Assembly (NCBI RefSeq): GCF_009914755.1 | Contig: NC_060927.1 | Source of the DNA: the human T2T-CHM13v2.0 reference genome, Homo sapiens | DNA length: 64,000 nt | Reading direction: 5' to 3' (one strand) | In this document: positions 1 to 13,809 of the stretch, piece by piece | Numbering within the stretch: position 1 is the first letter of the stretch | Layout of the letters: every line of letters begins with the position of its first letter | Notes under the pieces: generated by a model | Told to the model about the DNA's origin: nothing | Database searches by the model: none | Seen by the model: the letters and a program-made list of their open reading frames with translations, nothing else | Made by a program: the position numbers and the translations under genes

Positions 1-1340
1 TAGAGGGGGAAGAACTGCAAATTGTAGCAGAAAAATAGGCTGTCAAATCAAAGGAGAAGGAAGGTGTTCTAATTTTGGCCACCTGCAAATACATTAAACC
101 ACTTATTGAAGTTTTCTTGGTGCCTTAATATTACATGGCCTCATGGCCTTCACTCCAGGCACCTGAGATTAATCAGCTTTGAAGGAAGGTAGACAGTCTC
201 AAACAACAAAACAAGAAATAGGACACCCCAAATCTGGGGCCAGTCACTGTGAGACTAGAACATAACAGACAGCACATCTGAATTTTGTAAGGTCACAGAA
301 TAGCTGTTTCTATTCAGGAATTCTTTGGTATCCAAAGAAAGAAGGCTGTGAGAGCCAAGTGGAGGAGGAGGATAAAGTGGATAAAATTCTTTGCTTACAT
401 ACATTAATTGGTAAGATAGATGAACTCTGGGAGTAAGTTATGTCTACAGTAGTTCTTTGAGGGGAACAGTTATCTCTCTAAAGTTATGGCCTCAGGAAGA
501 GAGGAGAGTAGGAAGTTTTGGCTTAGCTATTTGTAACAGTGGCAGTTAATTATGGCATTTCTTATACCTAGAAGGGGGGTTTTAAAGACTGAATTTTATT
601 TGTACTTAGTTATTCTTAAATGTAAAGTGCCTCTAGACTTTACTGGAATATTACAGAAAAGGCCTTTATTTATCAACTGTAGGTATTTCATTTTTTAGAT
701 GCCAACAACATAAATATTATTAAAATGAAAATCCTCTGGTTTTAGCCCTCAGATGGATTAGCAGAGGAGATATTTTCAATAACTTTTGGCATCTGGCAAG
801 ATACCCACACATACTCTCTTTTCTCCAACCCCAACCTAGAGAAAAGTTTCAGCTAGATTTGCTTATTTGGTTTGATATGTGGATATATAGCCATAGCAAG
901 TCTGGAAGCCTGTGGCCTGCTTGGTTCCTAGGGGAGCAGACCATCAGTTCAGCTCAGTGCCCATCAAGCTTTAGGATGGTGAAACTGTCTTCTGCACTGA
1001 AGGCCAGCACTTTACTTTTTTGTACTTCATCATCCCACAGCATGTAAACCACACCCCTACTCATCATGCTCAGCTTCTACCCATCCTGCGAAACCAGAAC
1101 ATCTACTCTATGTCAAGCAAACATTTGTTTACAGCAGTTTCAGCATCATTGATGGAATTAAACATGACACTACTACTCTCTACCAGCCATATCCAGAGAG
1201 GAGCATGGTGGCACTTGTTATGCCCTACAGTGGGAGCTATCCTTCACTGCCAGCTCCTATAGACCTTGGGGTCCAGAAGGAATGTCTAACGTAATGGTGG
1301 CTGGTGTGGAGTACACTGTACTTCTGTACTTCGGGCTGAT

Positions 1341-1439
1341 TTATTTCTCTTTTCTCTCTCCCTCTTTCTTTTTCTTTCTTTCTTTCTCTCTCTCTCTTTC
1401 TCTTTCCCTCTTCTTTCTTTTCTTTCTCTTCTTTCTTTT

Positions 1440-1491
<52 letters not shown>

Positions 1492-1514
1492 TCCTTCTTT
1501 CTTTCTTTCTTCTT

Positions 1515-1521
<7 letters not shown>
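1341..1521. repeat. (CT)n/(CTTT)n microsatellite derived from an Alu A-tail
   Basis: Near-pure pyrimidine tandem array directly abutting the 3' end of a minus-strand Alu. Confidence 0.95.
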
Positions 1522-1805
<284 letters not shown>

Positions 1806-3294
1806 TTGATTTCTTCAACAATCTGTTCACCTTACAGATGGCTGTTTTTATCTGTTTAAAATCTTCTTGTAGAAGATTAAGCTTGATCCCCAGACCATGA
1901 ACTAATCTAGCAGAATTTGCTTTTTCTAAATTGGTCTATTTGGTCATGGAGGCAGCAGAAGGAAGGCAGTAGAAAGAAAAGGTGAAGAAATTGGTCTTCC
2001 TCCATGTGAAGGGGTCTTGGTCATGCAGCCTGGTATGGGTACCATGGCTTGGACCATCAATTATTATCCTTGGCAGACTCAGGACATCATTTGGTGGTTG
2101 CCAGAAAGATCATATCTGTGAGTTCAGGGAAAGAAAATGGTGAATTGGAAAGACCACGATCCATGTAGAAATTGAGATGGTGATGGAAACTTTGACCGAA
2201 AAAATAAAATAGATTTGTTGTGCTCTTTATAATTTATCTTGAAACTTTCTACCAAGTTCTACTTGTTCCTATTCAAGGGATCTTATTCTTGTGCAGGCGT
2301 TAGTTGCTAAGCTATTCTCAGAGTCCCCTAAACACTGGTGTCAGGACCAGTGGGGTGAGACAGCTTCAACTGTTAAAGAGCCACAAAAAGAAAGAATGCA
2401 GCTCTTCCTGTATGTCAAACCAAAAAGAGTGGTGTCCAGAAAATGCAGTGTGTGTGTGTGTTAGTGGGGGGATCATTTCCAATGAGAGACAAAGATAATT
2501 CAAGGATCCAAATTTGTTCCCATTTTGTTGTCATTTTAGAAGGCATAGCAGAAAGTTAGGTCTAATTTCTATTTTTATTTACTAATACATCTCTTCCTGA
2601 AAACACACTGTTTGATCTGAGTTCTCTGACTTCAGGGTATAGAGATGGCAAATGCAGATTAAATTCATCTGTCAACAGTGCCTGGAGGTGTTCTTGACTT
2701 TGGCAGAGCCTTCTTCTCTACCTCCATACTCGTCCCCATCTTAAACCTAACAAGTTGAGAAGGACACTTAGACTGATTTGAAAGTTTGCAGTCTTTGATC
2801 CTCCTCAGTTTGAGGGGAGGAAGGAAAACTTATATACTAATTGCCTCTATTTTAAATTTTATTTTAATTACCCACTTTTAAAGTCTGGGTGAAAATGTCA
2901 CTAATCAAAATAATGGGTTTTTCTGATCACAGTACAATCTTTTGTCCTAGTTTTCCCATTTCTAGGATATTTCTGCTGTACGAATGAAAACCTTTGATTT
3001 TGGAATAGGAAACAAGATTCTCACAGCAGGGCAAGTGCTAGGCTGGCTGCTCTGATAAAACAGGAGCCATGCTTGGGAGTATGGAGAAAGGAGGACATTT
3101 TCTCCAGTAATGTGTGGTCAGAACCATGGGGGAAGGCGCACATGTCCTGTCTGGGACTGGAAAGAACAAAGGCCTTTGAAACAAACTGAGTCTTGGTTTC
3201 ATTTCTTAAAAGCTGTATAACTTTGGATAAGTTGATTCACTAAACTTTGATGCATTACAGTCCCCAGAGAGCTATCTTCATACACATTTGAAGA

Positions 3295-3575
3295 ATCTAC
3301 CAAACTTTCTAATTCAGTGTCTTGGGTTGGGCTTGGAAATTTGCATGTCTTCAAAAAATTAGCCAGCCATGGTGACACATGCTTGTAGTCCCAGCTACTT
3401 GGGAGGCTGAGGTGGGAGATCACTTGAGCCCAGGAAGTTGAGGCTGCAGTGAGCTTTGATAGTGCCATTGCACTCCAGCCTGGGTGACAGAGAGTCAGAC
3501 CCTATCTCAAAAAAAAAAAAAAAAAAAAAAAGAGAGAGAGAGAGAATTTGCACTTTTAACAAGTTCCCAGAGGCC
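3295..3575. mobile_element. MER5A-like hAT-Charlie fragment interrupted by an Alu right arm
   Basis: ttctaattcagtgtcttgggttgggcttggaaatttgca ... gagaatttgcacttttaacaagttcccag matches the MER5A core; aatttgca is duplicated on both sides of the Alu. Confidence 0.7.
3352..3531 (+). mobile_element. Alu right monomer (FRAM or 5'-truncated AluJ) with poly-A and (AG)n
   Basis: aaaaaattagcc...tcacttgagcccaggaagttgaggctgcagtgag...A23. Confidence 0.9.
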
Positions 3576-3614
3576 AGACTTTGAGAACTTAGATTAACCC
3601 ATCCCAATCTTTTC

Positions 3615-3950
3615 ACTTATGAAATGGTGCTAATGTCACCTACATCACAGGATTGTTGGGACAATAAAACCCACCTTGCATTGAGCACATACCAGCCAGG
3701 CATTATACTAAGCATGTTACAAGCTTCCTATCACTCAATTCTCACAAAACCCTCATGAGGAAGGAGTTGCTTTGGAGAATTTGCTGAGTCAAACAGCTAA
3801 GAAACAGTAGAAGCAAAATTTGAACTCAGACAGTCTTGGGACCACAGCCCATGCTCTTAACCATTCCCCTAGGCCATCTTTGAAATTAAATGAGATGATG
3901 TGTAAGGTATCTATTACGGTGTCTGGCACATGGGTGCTTAATATTTGAGT
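3615..3950. mobile_element. MIR fragments in both orientations
   Basis: cctacatcacaggattgttg; caattctcacaaaaccctcatgagg; attaaatgagatgatg...tctggcaca. Confidence 0.7.
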
Positions 3951-4019
3951 GACTTCTGGTAATTTTGAGTTCTTTCTTGAAATGACACAGGGGAAGAGGA
4001 AAAATGGAACTATATCTAA

Positions 4020-4359
<340 letters not shown>

Positions 4360-4527
4360 TCCAGTGGCTTCTTCTGTTACATGCTGCCAGGCTGCTGCTG
4401 GTGGCTTGGCTCCTTGAGCCTCTTTGCTTCCTTTTGCTTGTATGTCAGAGAAAAGGGATAGTCCCAGGAGATGCACTTTCCAGGGGTTTCACCACACTAT
4501 GGTGTCCGGTGTGATTCATCATGCTTC

Positions 4528-4850
4528 TGTTTGTTTGTTTGTTTTGAGACAGGGTCTCGCTCTGTCATCTGGGCTAGAGTGCATAGAGTGCAGTGGCGCG
4601 ATTATGGCTCACTGCAGCATCGACCTCTCCAGCTCAGATGATCCTCCCACATCAGCCTCCTGAATATCTGGGACTACAGTCATGTGCAACCATGCCCAGC
4701 TAATTTTTCTTTTTTCTTTTTTTGTATTTTGTGTAGACATAGGGTTTCACCATGTTGCACAGGCTGGTCTCAAACTCCTGGGCTGAAGAGATCTTCCCAC
4801 CTCAACCTCCCAAGTGCTAGGATTACGGGCTTGAGCCACCACACCCGGCC
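4528..4850 (-). mobile_element. AluJ-type SINE
   Basis: Dimeric Alu with (GTTT)n tail and an internal 9-bp duplication tagagtgca x2. Confidence 0.92.
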
Positions 4851-6789
4851 CTTATCACGGTTAAAGCCCTCAGATTTCACTCTCTCAGGTTCAGACAAAC
4901 TCTCAACTCCAAAGCAAGTAAAGTTGTTACACACACATCTTCCAGATTGGCTCAGGTGTGACCAGAGGGAGTGTAATCCAGGGCCAAGCTTTGGCATTCT
5001 CAGTAAAACTTGAAACCACTGAAATTCAAACATATTACCTTGAGCCAACTTTGACTTTCTGGCTGATGTAATAATAACACTTTAAAAATATCACAAGACA
5101 GGACATACAGAACATGAGAAGCTACTGCTTACTTGTTGCATCGTTTTGCCTTTAATGAAGGTCTGTGGGATGACTCTGGGGGGACTGGAAATTGCTTCCA
5201 GGAGAACTGACTCAACTTATCACTAGCTTTTCTAAAAAAGAAGCCAGAGCCTTAGTGTTTAAAAGCTTGTAAGTCTCAGCAAGCCCCAAACCAAGCCTCT
5301 AGTTAAAAAAAAAAAAAAAATCCCCCTGGTTCAATGCTTTAATAAACATCATTGTTAACAGAAAAAAATGTTGCTATTATGGAAGATATTGTAACTGATA
5401 ACTTCTCTATTTGGCTGTATTTGGAAAATAATGTCTTGAAACTCAGACAAGATCTTCAACTTTGCCTTTCTGATATTTTTTCATTTGTACCTTGAGATAT
5501 ATTAGCCATACAGCTCAAACAAATTCAGTAAAATTTATACTGCAAAAATCTGACACTTTGAAAATTTAGAGGGATTTTTTTTTCAAAGTAGGAAATACAG
5601 CAAATCCAATTATTTATGGTTGCAACTGGAACTATTCCATTTACTCTGGGTTTAACAATTATTTCCTTGAGAAGGCAATAGGGATTGCCAAAGGATAAGG
5701 GGAATAAATGGGGATATGATTTTACTTTTGTAACTATGATCATTAAAACCATATACATACATATATCTACATCATATATTTTTCCACACGTTATTACATA
5801 TTGAAAACTAAGACTTAGGAGAAATGCAGAGTAGAAAACATAATTGACAGAACTGAACACCTTTCATCAAGAAGAACAGTGCATTTTTCTGGCCCTGCAA
5901 CAAATGGTCTGAGCAAGTTGTCGAAGCCCTGTTGTAGACTACATTTTTTTTCCCATCCATGTTCCTTATTTCCAGAATGAGATGTTATGATAATTACTGG
6001 GACAAGGTTAGCAAATGAATCTAGAGCTCTGTGGTAGAGGGTGGCACTGGAAATCAAAGTATGATTCTGTTTTGGAATTTTGACATTCTAAGATTTATCT
6101 AACTTCTCTGACTAAAGCTTCCTATACAGACATAAATACCAGACCCTAGTGCCTGTAAAAATTCCATTGCTGGTTACTGCTCTGTGGTCGTTAGCTGGAG
6201 ACCTTTGATGTTTTCTATCTACAAAGTTTCTAAACTTTCTGAGAAATAAATAAAGCATTCATTATTTTACCCTTTACATTTAGCGCTTTAATTTTCTAAT
6301 TCCACCTTCCCCTTCCCCCATCTTTCCCACTTTGCAGATCTCACAGGTGTCTGGTCAGACCCGTCAGGTGGGTCTCTGTTTGCCTGTCATTTGGGAAGCT
6401 GATGGTCTTACCTGGGCATGGCTGATTGCACAGAGCAGAACAGGGGTTAGTTTGAATTGCAGGTGTGAGCAATCAGTGTAGATCAGCACTAATCCATCAG
6501 CTATTAGAACAGCCAAGCTGCAGCAGACCCAGCAGAGAGAGCCAAATGCTGAGTGTGAGTGTGTGTCTGTGTGGATAGTCAATGGTTTCCAGTGCTGAGG
6601 GATTTTGCATTTGCAGAACGTGGTCTCCATGACTCTTATAATGACACTTCTTCATTGAGGCCTCACCCTGTTCATGCTGTATGAGAAACCATGGTGATCG
6701 GAGACAATAAAGAAACTGATCACATCTTCAGGTGGCTTATAACCCAGAAGGGACACAATGATATATAACACAAGGGGTAACATCTCAGG

Positions 6790-6980
6790 CTATAGAATTC
6801 TGGGTTCAGATAACCATTCTGTTATTTATCGTCTGTTTGATCTTGGGTAAGTTTCTTGTTTTCACTAACTCTCATTTTCTCATCTACAAAATAGCGATAG
6901 TACCTATTTCAATGAGTTGTCTCTGGCAAATAGTATGCACTAAGTACATGCTAGTTGATGTTAATTGTACTATTATTATT
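6790..6980 (+). mobile_element. MIR
   Basis: ctgggttca...tgatcttgggtaagtttctt...ctcattttctcatctacaaaat core. Confidence 0.75.
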
Positions 6981-9279
6981 AGAGAGCAGTGCATGTTAAG
7001 GGATATGGAGTAAGAAGAGGAAGATACTCCTCCTGCTCTGGGAGGCCAAGGAAGATTTCGGGGGGGCGGAGTGGGATGTGAAGAACTTGAACCTTGAAGA
7101 TTCACACATGATCAGAAGGAAGTGGCATAAACAAAGACTGTTCTGGGGCCAGCAAAGAGTTTATTTGGGTTGATTTGACAGTTTGGAGATAAAGGTCTAT
7201 GGGGCCCAGTTTGTCAAGGACTATGCTCTCTCTGTAAGGTTTTTGTCCTTTCAAAGCAAATTCTGTGATATGAGAGGCCAGGCATCCATTTATCAAAAGA
7301 TTCCCTTGCAAATATTGTCACTGTGATCCACCTGTCAAGCAAAAAGCCAGGGCACATAAGAAGGCGCACTTTTCTCTTTTGTCAGTAAGGTTGAGTGGCT
7401 CAATATGCATTCCTCGAAAAGTATATTAGAAGAACTTTCTATGTCTGGGAGCATTTACTTTTGATTAATTTTAATACCGCAAACCTCAAAATAGGAGGAG
7501 GTTGCCCTTGGGATGCTCTTGTGCCTTTAAGCTTCATATCAAAATATGGAACATAGCCTGTGATTTCCATGAAGCTGAAGGCAGCTTAAGGCTGAGATAC
7601 TCAGAAAGGTGACTTGTTGGCAGAATTGATCACATTGTCAGGTAGATGGAGCAATATATGAAGTAAAAATCATTTGTCATTTATTAGTGGGGAGACTTTG
7701 GAGCAAGTCACCTCTTCTTCCTATTACCCAGTGGCTGCATTTGTAAAATTAGGGTGTCACACTGATCATCAGTAAAAAATCAAATATTTCTAAGTCTTTT
7801 TCTTAGGCAGCAAAAGCCCTTTAAGTCAATCAACCCAATGCAGAATCCCAATATATAAAGGAAATAAAAGCAGGGTGGAGGATCCTGCTGAGGCCTCAGA
7901 GTACTCTGCCTTTTGCCCTACCCTGAGAGTGGGGCAGAGATGGACAACTGGGCCTCTGTGGGTCTGGTGTCCAAGCTGATGAACTTCAGGACTGCTGAGA
8001 TTCCTCATATTTCAGACATGCTACAATCCTGTAACAGTGTAAATTACCATGACACAGAGGGCTTGGAGGTTTCAATTTTTCCATTAACTTGATTGAAAAG
8101 TTTTAGAAAATAAAGTCATCTTCCATGGGCCTCTCTGTTAAAAATTTGCTTAATATTTATTTATACAATGGTTTTTCCCAGACATATTTCACTTGAATAT
8201 ACTAGAGCTCAAACACCAAGTGCCCTTTGAAGAAGGGCATTGAAATACAACAGATTGTATGTATGTTGGAGATATTCAGCTAGGAAGCTATCTTTATTAG
8301 AAATGATACTGAAGTGTTTGCAGTAAAAGTCTTGTCTGGCATTGGAACAGAGGTGAGGAAACTTAAAGGAATAGGTTCTCTGAGCTGTAGAAGAGGCTTC
8401 CTCTGGAGCTGGTTGACCCTTGTCTATTGATGATCCTCCAAGTGAGAGTAGCTGTGGTCATACAGAAGGGCAAATGCTCCATTCCTAAGGAATTTGAGGA
8501 AATAGGAAAGCAGCTGAAAGATGCTGATATCCTAACCCTTCAAAAGTATCCCTGTCCATTCCTGCTGTGTTAGAGCAGTTAATACTAAGTTGGAGAAGAT
8601 AATGCCTTAAAATAAGGGCTTTGCAAGCCTCCTAGTATTGTTATCCTCCAGCAGCCAACCTTAACTGGAGAAGAAAGTCAAGGCCTTGACTGTCTCTAAT
8701 GCTACCAAAACCTTGGACCACACTCTAAGCAGGACGATTATGCACAAACCGCAGAATTAATGCATCATAGGCTTAGAAATCATATCCTATACCCAGTCAC
8801 CAACTACTATCTAAGAATATCTGTGGCCAGGTGGCATGCTCCATCTCAGAGAAGCAGGTGTACAGGCCAGAGGATTCCCATGAGCTTCTTGAGCCACTCA
8901 AACTTCACCTTAGTGGCTGGGAAGCCCTGGAGCTAGCAAGGGGACGTGGTTGTCTCCTCTGTAACTCATTTACAGTCATGTATTCAATAACTAGGTTTTA
9001 TCCGGAAGATTTTATCTTCAGAAAGTCTCAGATTCATCAATAATTCCGTGAGAGTTACACTTGAAATTCTATGATAATTTCAAATTCTATGCTAATATTG
9101 TATTACTATGCTAATATTTCTATGCATCTAAATCTAAATGCACATTATTATACACTTTTTGAAAGTAAAACAAAGAAACAAGCCCTGACAAACAGAGAAG
9201 TCAATGGCAAGTTGTATTTTGTATGGTGACTTTACCAGAAAAGATAGCTAATTATTCCTGCTGTGTAGGGTTATTCTAA

Positions 9280-9390
9280 TTCAAACTCTAATACTTTGAA
9301 AAGTCCCTTAACCTCTCCAATCCTCAGTTTCCTCTTCTGTAACATAGATTTAATAAAATTTACTTTGCAGAATGGTTGTGAGAAGCAGAA
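9280..9390 (+). mobile_element. MIR fragment
   Basis: aagtcccttaacctctccaatcctcagtttcctcttctgtaa core. Confidence 0.75.
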
Positions 9391-10699
9391 TGTATATATT
9401 TTTTACCTTCTTAGAATGGTAGTGGCTTATTATAACTAATAACTAGTAACTTTATTATTGTCACTTTTAGTTTCTATTTGCCAATCAAATGATTCTGTTG
9501 ATCAATTGTGTCTGAACCATGAAGCCATTAAACACAAACTACTTATTTAAACTTGTCTGAAACACTTACCCTGCCAACGATTGGAGATTAGACAAGCTAT
9601 GTCCATACCTAGAGCACGTGAGCTATGGTCCGTGGTCAACTGTCTAATGATATGTTGACATTCTGTAAATGGGAAGTATGGATTCATTATAAACCTTAAA
9701 GGAATACTAAATAAGTTACCATAATAGTTTAAGTTACTACTAGTACATGGTTTAGTCTTTTTGAAGGCAATTCTTATATAGTTCAGTTCAGACCAATTTC
9801 TCAAACACACAGGATTAATATTAAATAAACACATTGACAAAGTAATGTTAGGGAAGACACTCCAGACTTGCTAGCTTAGTGCTAATGTGGACAAAGCTTA
9901 AATGGCTAATTCTACCTAGAAAGAAAGGTTTGAAGAGCTATCTCCTCTCTATTCTTTTGACTAAGGCTATGCTGTTTTTCTTAGCTCATGTGAAAAAAAA
10001 ATACTCAGAAAAAGATTGCTAGGTATTTCTTTCCTTTGGTGTATTTTTTTTCAGCCAAAGTGTAAGACCTTGCTTAGATGACTAGCAATTAAGGAATTTT
10101 TGTGGTTTATTTCCTGATCTAACTGCTTACTTCTGAAGAAAGCAATTCTGACAAGCTTCAGTTAACCTGGATCTTACCAAAACCATAGTGCCAAAAACAT
10201 TTTTGAAAGATTCAGATAGAAAAGCCAGGCTGGAACTTTAACAATAAAACGCTTCTTAAGGTTCTGTTTCCTAGGTCACATGGATGTTTTTTCCCCCTTG
10301 GATACTGATTTTGTAGAAAATAATATATTTTTCTGTGCATTAACTTCATGTTTTAATAACATTGGAGACCTGCAGCTGAACAAGAAGTGAGGCAAATAGT
10401 CAAATCAATGATGATTATTCTTACAATAATACTTTGAATTAATAAAGCCTTTACTTAGAAATATTTCAACACTTTTTTTTATAAATTTTACCTCTTTTCT
10501 CTGTAAGCATTAGTTGAATATGGATTTGAATTTTAAGTCTCTTTCAAGAATTGTTATAAGGAAGAAAAGAACTTTTAAAATCCACTTTCTGGGAGAAACT
10601 CAAAGATGTCACATTCAGTGTCAAGATGTAGAATTGCATCCTCCTGATTACCGGTAAATGCTGAGTAGTGCTAGCATCAGGGGGGCATGAATCAGCAGC

Positions 10700-10970
10700 T
10701 CAAGTGTGCCCCCAAGGATTAGATATTTTCATGTCTCTGTCTGCCATCTGTGGTGTTGACTTCATCTGATGAGGCTTTACTTAATGTTGCAAAATGACTG
10801 CCAGCAACCGCTAGGGCTGTTTGCTGTCTGGTTGGCCCAGTAGGTGCACATGATCATTTTTGCTCCAGTATTCTCTGCAGCTGTCCTGAGGTTCACTCTG
10901 ATGGTACTGGCTTAGTTGTGGCTTTGGGAGGCCCATGGACTGTGTCTGTTGGCCAGGAAAACACAGCCAG
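10700..10970 (-). mobile_element. Old MaLR LTR remnant (MLT1J/K-like)
   Basis: gttgcaaaatgactgccagcaacc; gtcctgaggttcactctgatggtactggcttag. Confidence 0.5.
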
Positions 10971-11259
10971 GCTCCATATCTGGAGCCCTGAGCATATGGT
11001 CCAACAGGCGAGGATACATTCCTCTGGAGTTGCTGATAGTCAGATAAAACCTAGACTGAAACACAGAAATGTCCATGATATTGGTCACCAATTCACAAAG
11101 CTATGCTTTGGGAAAATACTGTTGATGGTAAAAGTCCGGTGAGAGTGGAGCCGGTGAGTAGAGACAAGAGGGTAGAGATACTAAGGACTTTTGAGCAGGA
11201 ATATGACAAAGCAAAATGGCAATTTAGGCATTTAGGAATGGTAATGATAATGACAGTAA

Positions 11260-11460
11260 TATCTTGCGGGACTAGTGCTTAATATTCTCCAAAGCACTTT
11301 CGCTTACTTGAGAGCTCTGGATCCTTTTGTAAGGTAGAAGGGGCAGGGCATATACCTATTTTGCAGATGAAATAGGGGTCCAGAGAAATTATTTACAGCT
11401 AATAAAAGAGCAAGGATGATGATTCAATCCTCTTAACTTTTTGTATAGTTCTCTTTTAAC
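11260..11460 (-). mobile_element. MIR
   Basis: aaagcactttc...cctattttgcagatgaaa...ccagaga. Confidence 0.65.
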
Positions 11461-11524
11461 TATATTATCATGTATGATACAAATTATTATATTAACTACA
11501 CCAAAGAAGATTACTGATATAGTA

Positions 11525-12185
11525 ATTATTCACAGAATATTTAGTGAATGATTATAATGTACCAGGAATTATGTTTGTTGTTGGGGCTGAAGGACTTTAC
11601 TAAGAGGTAACACCACATAGCCAAATTATTGATCATCAGCTAAATAAAAGCACAGAGTGATACAAGATTAATGTAGTCTTGAAAGAGGTGGAGGTCCAGT
11701 TAGGGAAGTTTCCTGGAGTAAGAGCATCTCAACTAAAACCTTCAAGACAAATAGGGGTAAGGCAGATTCACAATAGAAGACCAAGAGTGTAGCAAGAGCA
11801 AAGCTTTCCAACAGGAAACAGCATGTACAAGGGTCCTGGGGCGAAAGCATGCGATGTAGAAAAACTGCACAAAGTTCAATACGGCTGGAGCACCAAGTGC
11901 CATTGGTTGAGTCATAGAGACGAAAGAGGTTGGAGAGATGGGCTGTGGCCACACCATAAAGTGCCTTGAATGCTTTAGTTTTTTACTCTGAGGGAATGAG
12001 GGAACATGGAAAATGTTTTACAAAAGTCACTCAGCTTAGAGAACGGAAAATGGGTGAGAATAGCGGGAGGAAATGGGACAAGAAGCCTATTATGACTGTT
12101 TCAGTCAACAAGGAGTGAGGTAATGATGGCTCAGACTAAGGTAGTGTCAAAGGAAGGGAAATAAGTATGTACATGGGTTTTTGAG
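11525..12185 (-). mobile_element. L2 3' region
   Basis: attcacagaatatttagtgaatg...agggaagtttcctggag...gaaacagcatgtacaagggtcctgggg...gaggttggagagatgggc. Confidence 0.75.
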
Positions 12186-13809
12186 GTATTAAGATTGCAA
12201 ACATACAAAATATTATTTTACTTCAAAGAAATAAGTAATGTCTATTCAGAACACTTAGTTTTATCTTTTCGTTCAAGGTTCACTTAAAATTTTTTTTCAT
12301 TGAATTTTCTTTATTCAGCAAACATTTATTGAAGCAACTTCAACAAGCCAGATATTCTAATACTCCAAGTGCTGGCATTCTTGACATCTAAGTTGTTTAG
12401 AATACATTTGCTTCTTTCAGGCATATCACAAATTGGTCAGTTTCAGCCTTATTATACTTTATTTTGGAACTGTTCTGAATTAATTTTATTTTGAGTGTAA
12501 GACAGTTGTGAGATAACACTTTTTTTGCACATATTCCTAAGCTAAAAAAACATTATTTTTCTAATGATACCTGGGAGAAAGTCAAAGACATGTCTTGAAC
12601 AAATCACTTTACCACTTGATATATAACTGTAAAAATCACTACAAAAATTACTCGCACTGCATTTTGTGGGGCTTGCTGAAATTTCAAAATTAGGACAATT
12701 CTATATCCAACAGATGCAAATGAGAAAAGGTATTTAGCTCCTGCAGGGAATAAAAGGATGTAGGCAAACATGCAGTATTTGTTTACTAATTAATTCAGCT
12801 AAATTTTGATGAAGTCCAATGTTTGAAAACACTCTATTTATTTATGGAATTAAAAGTCCATACGCTCCTCCATTATCAGCAGGCTGGGCACATTCTTCAC
12901 CCAGGTATCAGCTCCTCTAGTAATCTCTAAGCTGTTGTGGCGCTTTACAACTCTGGCTGATAAAGGCAATTCTAATTTAGTGCACACGTTAATTATCAGT
13001 AATATTAAATAAATATATTGGAGCTATTTACATGTGTCATTCGTAGTTGCTGTATGCTAAGGAAAATGATTATAATTGTTCTTATTAGTTATCGTATTTC
13101 ATGTTTCTGCAATGAAATTCTTTTTTGGGGGGGTTGTTTTGGGGAATATCTTAGTGAGGAAAAAGGGCTTAAAATATAAAATGTTCACAAGGCACTGAAT
13201 AGGCTTTTTAATTCATTAGTCATATTTTATTGAAAAATTCCTTTGTGTTATTTGTTTCTGAGCACATGTAAACCAGGTTAAAAAGCAGCAGCCAGTCAAT
13301 CTTCCTTAGTAATAACTGGGAAAAGAAATTATAATAGAGAATAAAAAACAGAATACCTGTGAGATTTGAGAAAGTTTAGATTTCTCTTTATTTTTGTACA
13401 CAGTTCTGTTAGGAGTTGAATATGAAAACATGAAGCATACCTTTTGTTGCCTGAACATTACCCAACTGGAATCCAACTCATAGTAACCCTGCAGGATAAT
13501 TTGTTTCCATAGCATCTTTTCCTAAGCTGAAAGCATTTCACTCTACCCCATATTGAATAAAAACTTATATTTCTAATATGTGGATTACCTGTCTGCTGTA
13601 GACACCTGATTAATTTTCAAAGTTGATTCAGTATTCTAAACTTTGCTATGACAATAAGAACTGCCAGATGTTCACTTGAATTGATTTATATAGAATGATG
13701 CCTCAGTTATTTAGTGCAATTGTGGGAATCAAATATTTCAAAAAATGGATTATTTCCAAATAGCTGAAGTTCAAATCTTTAAATCGTTTTCATCCTGAGC
13801 ACTATGTAT

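Noticed and set aside
854-863. tagatttg repeated at 854 and 2210 as a possible EBLN TSD
   Set aside because: N-like similarity continues upstream of 854 (FLQPQPREKFQ at 820), so this cannot be the 5' boundary; 8 bp is also within chance.
1232-1320. GSYPSLPAPIDLGV resembling filovirus NP GLFPQLSAIALGV
   Set aside because: Isolated short match; the bornavirus N alignment explains the same bases colinearly with many other blocks.
1876-1925. Alternative register IKLDPQTM/TNLAEFAF versus N IKLAPRSFPNLASAAF
   Set aside because: Attractive locally but breaks the spacing to upstream and downstream blocks. Kept only as a caution that by-eye registers are ambiguous.
2140-2450. Ubiquitin-like (GKTTIHVE, MQLFLYVK) or bornavirus P-like (LVQALVAKLFSES) peptides
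   Set aside because: Short amphipathic matches in the wrong order or spacing; not supportable.
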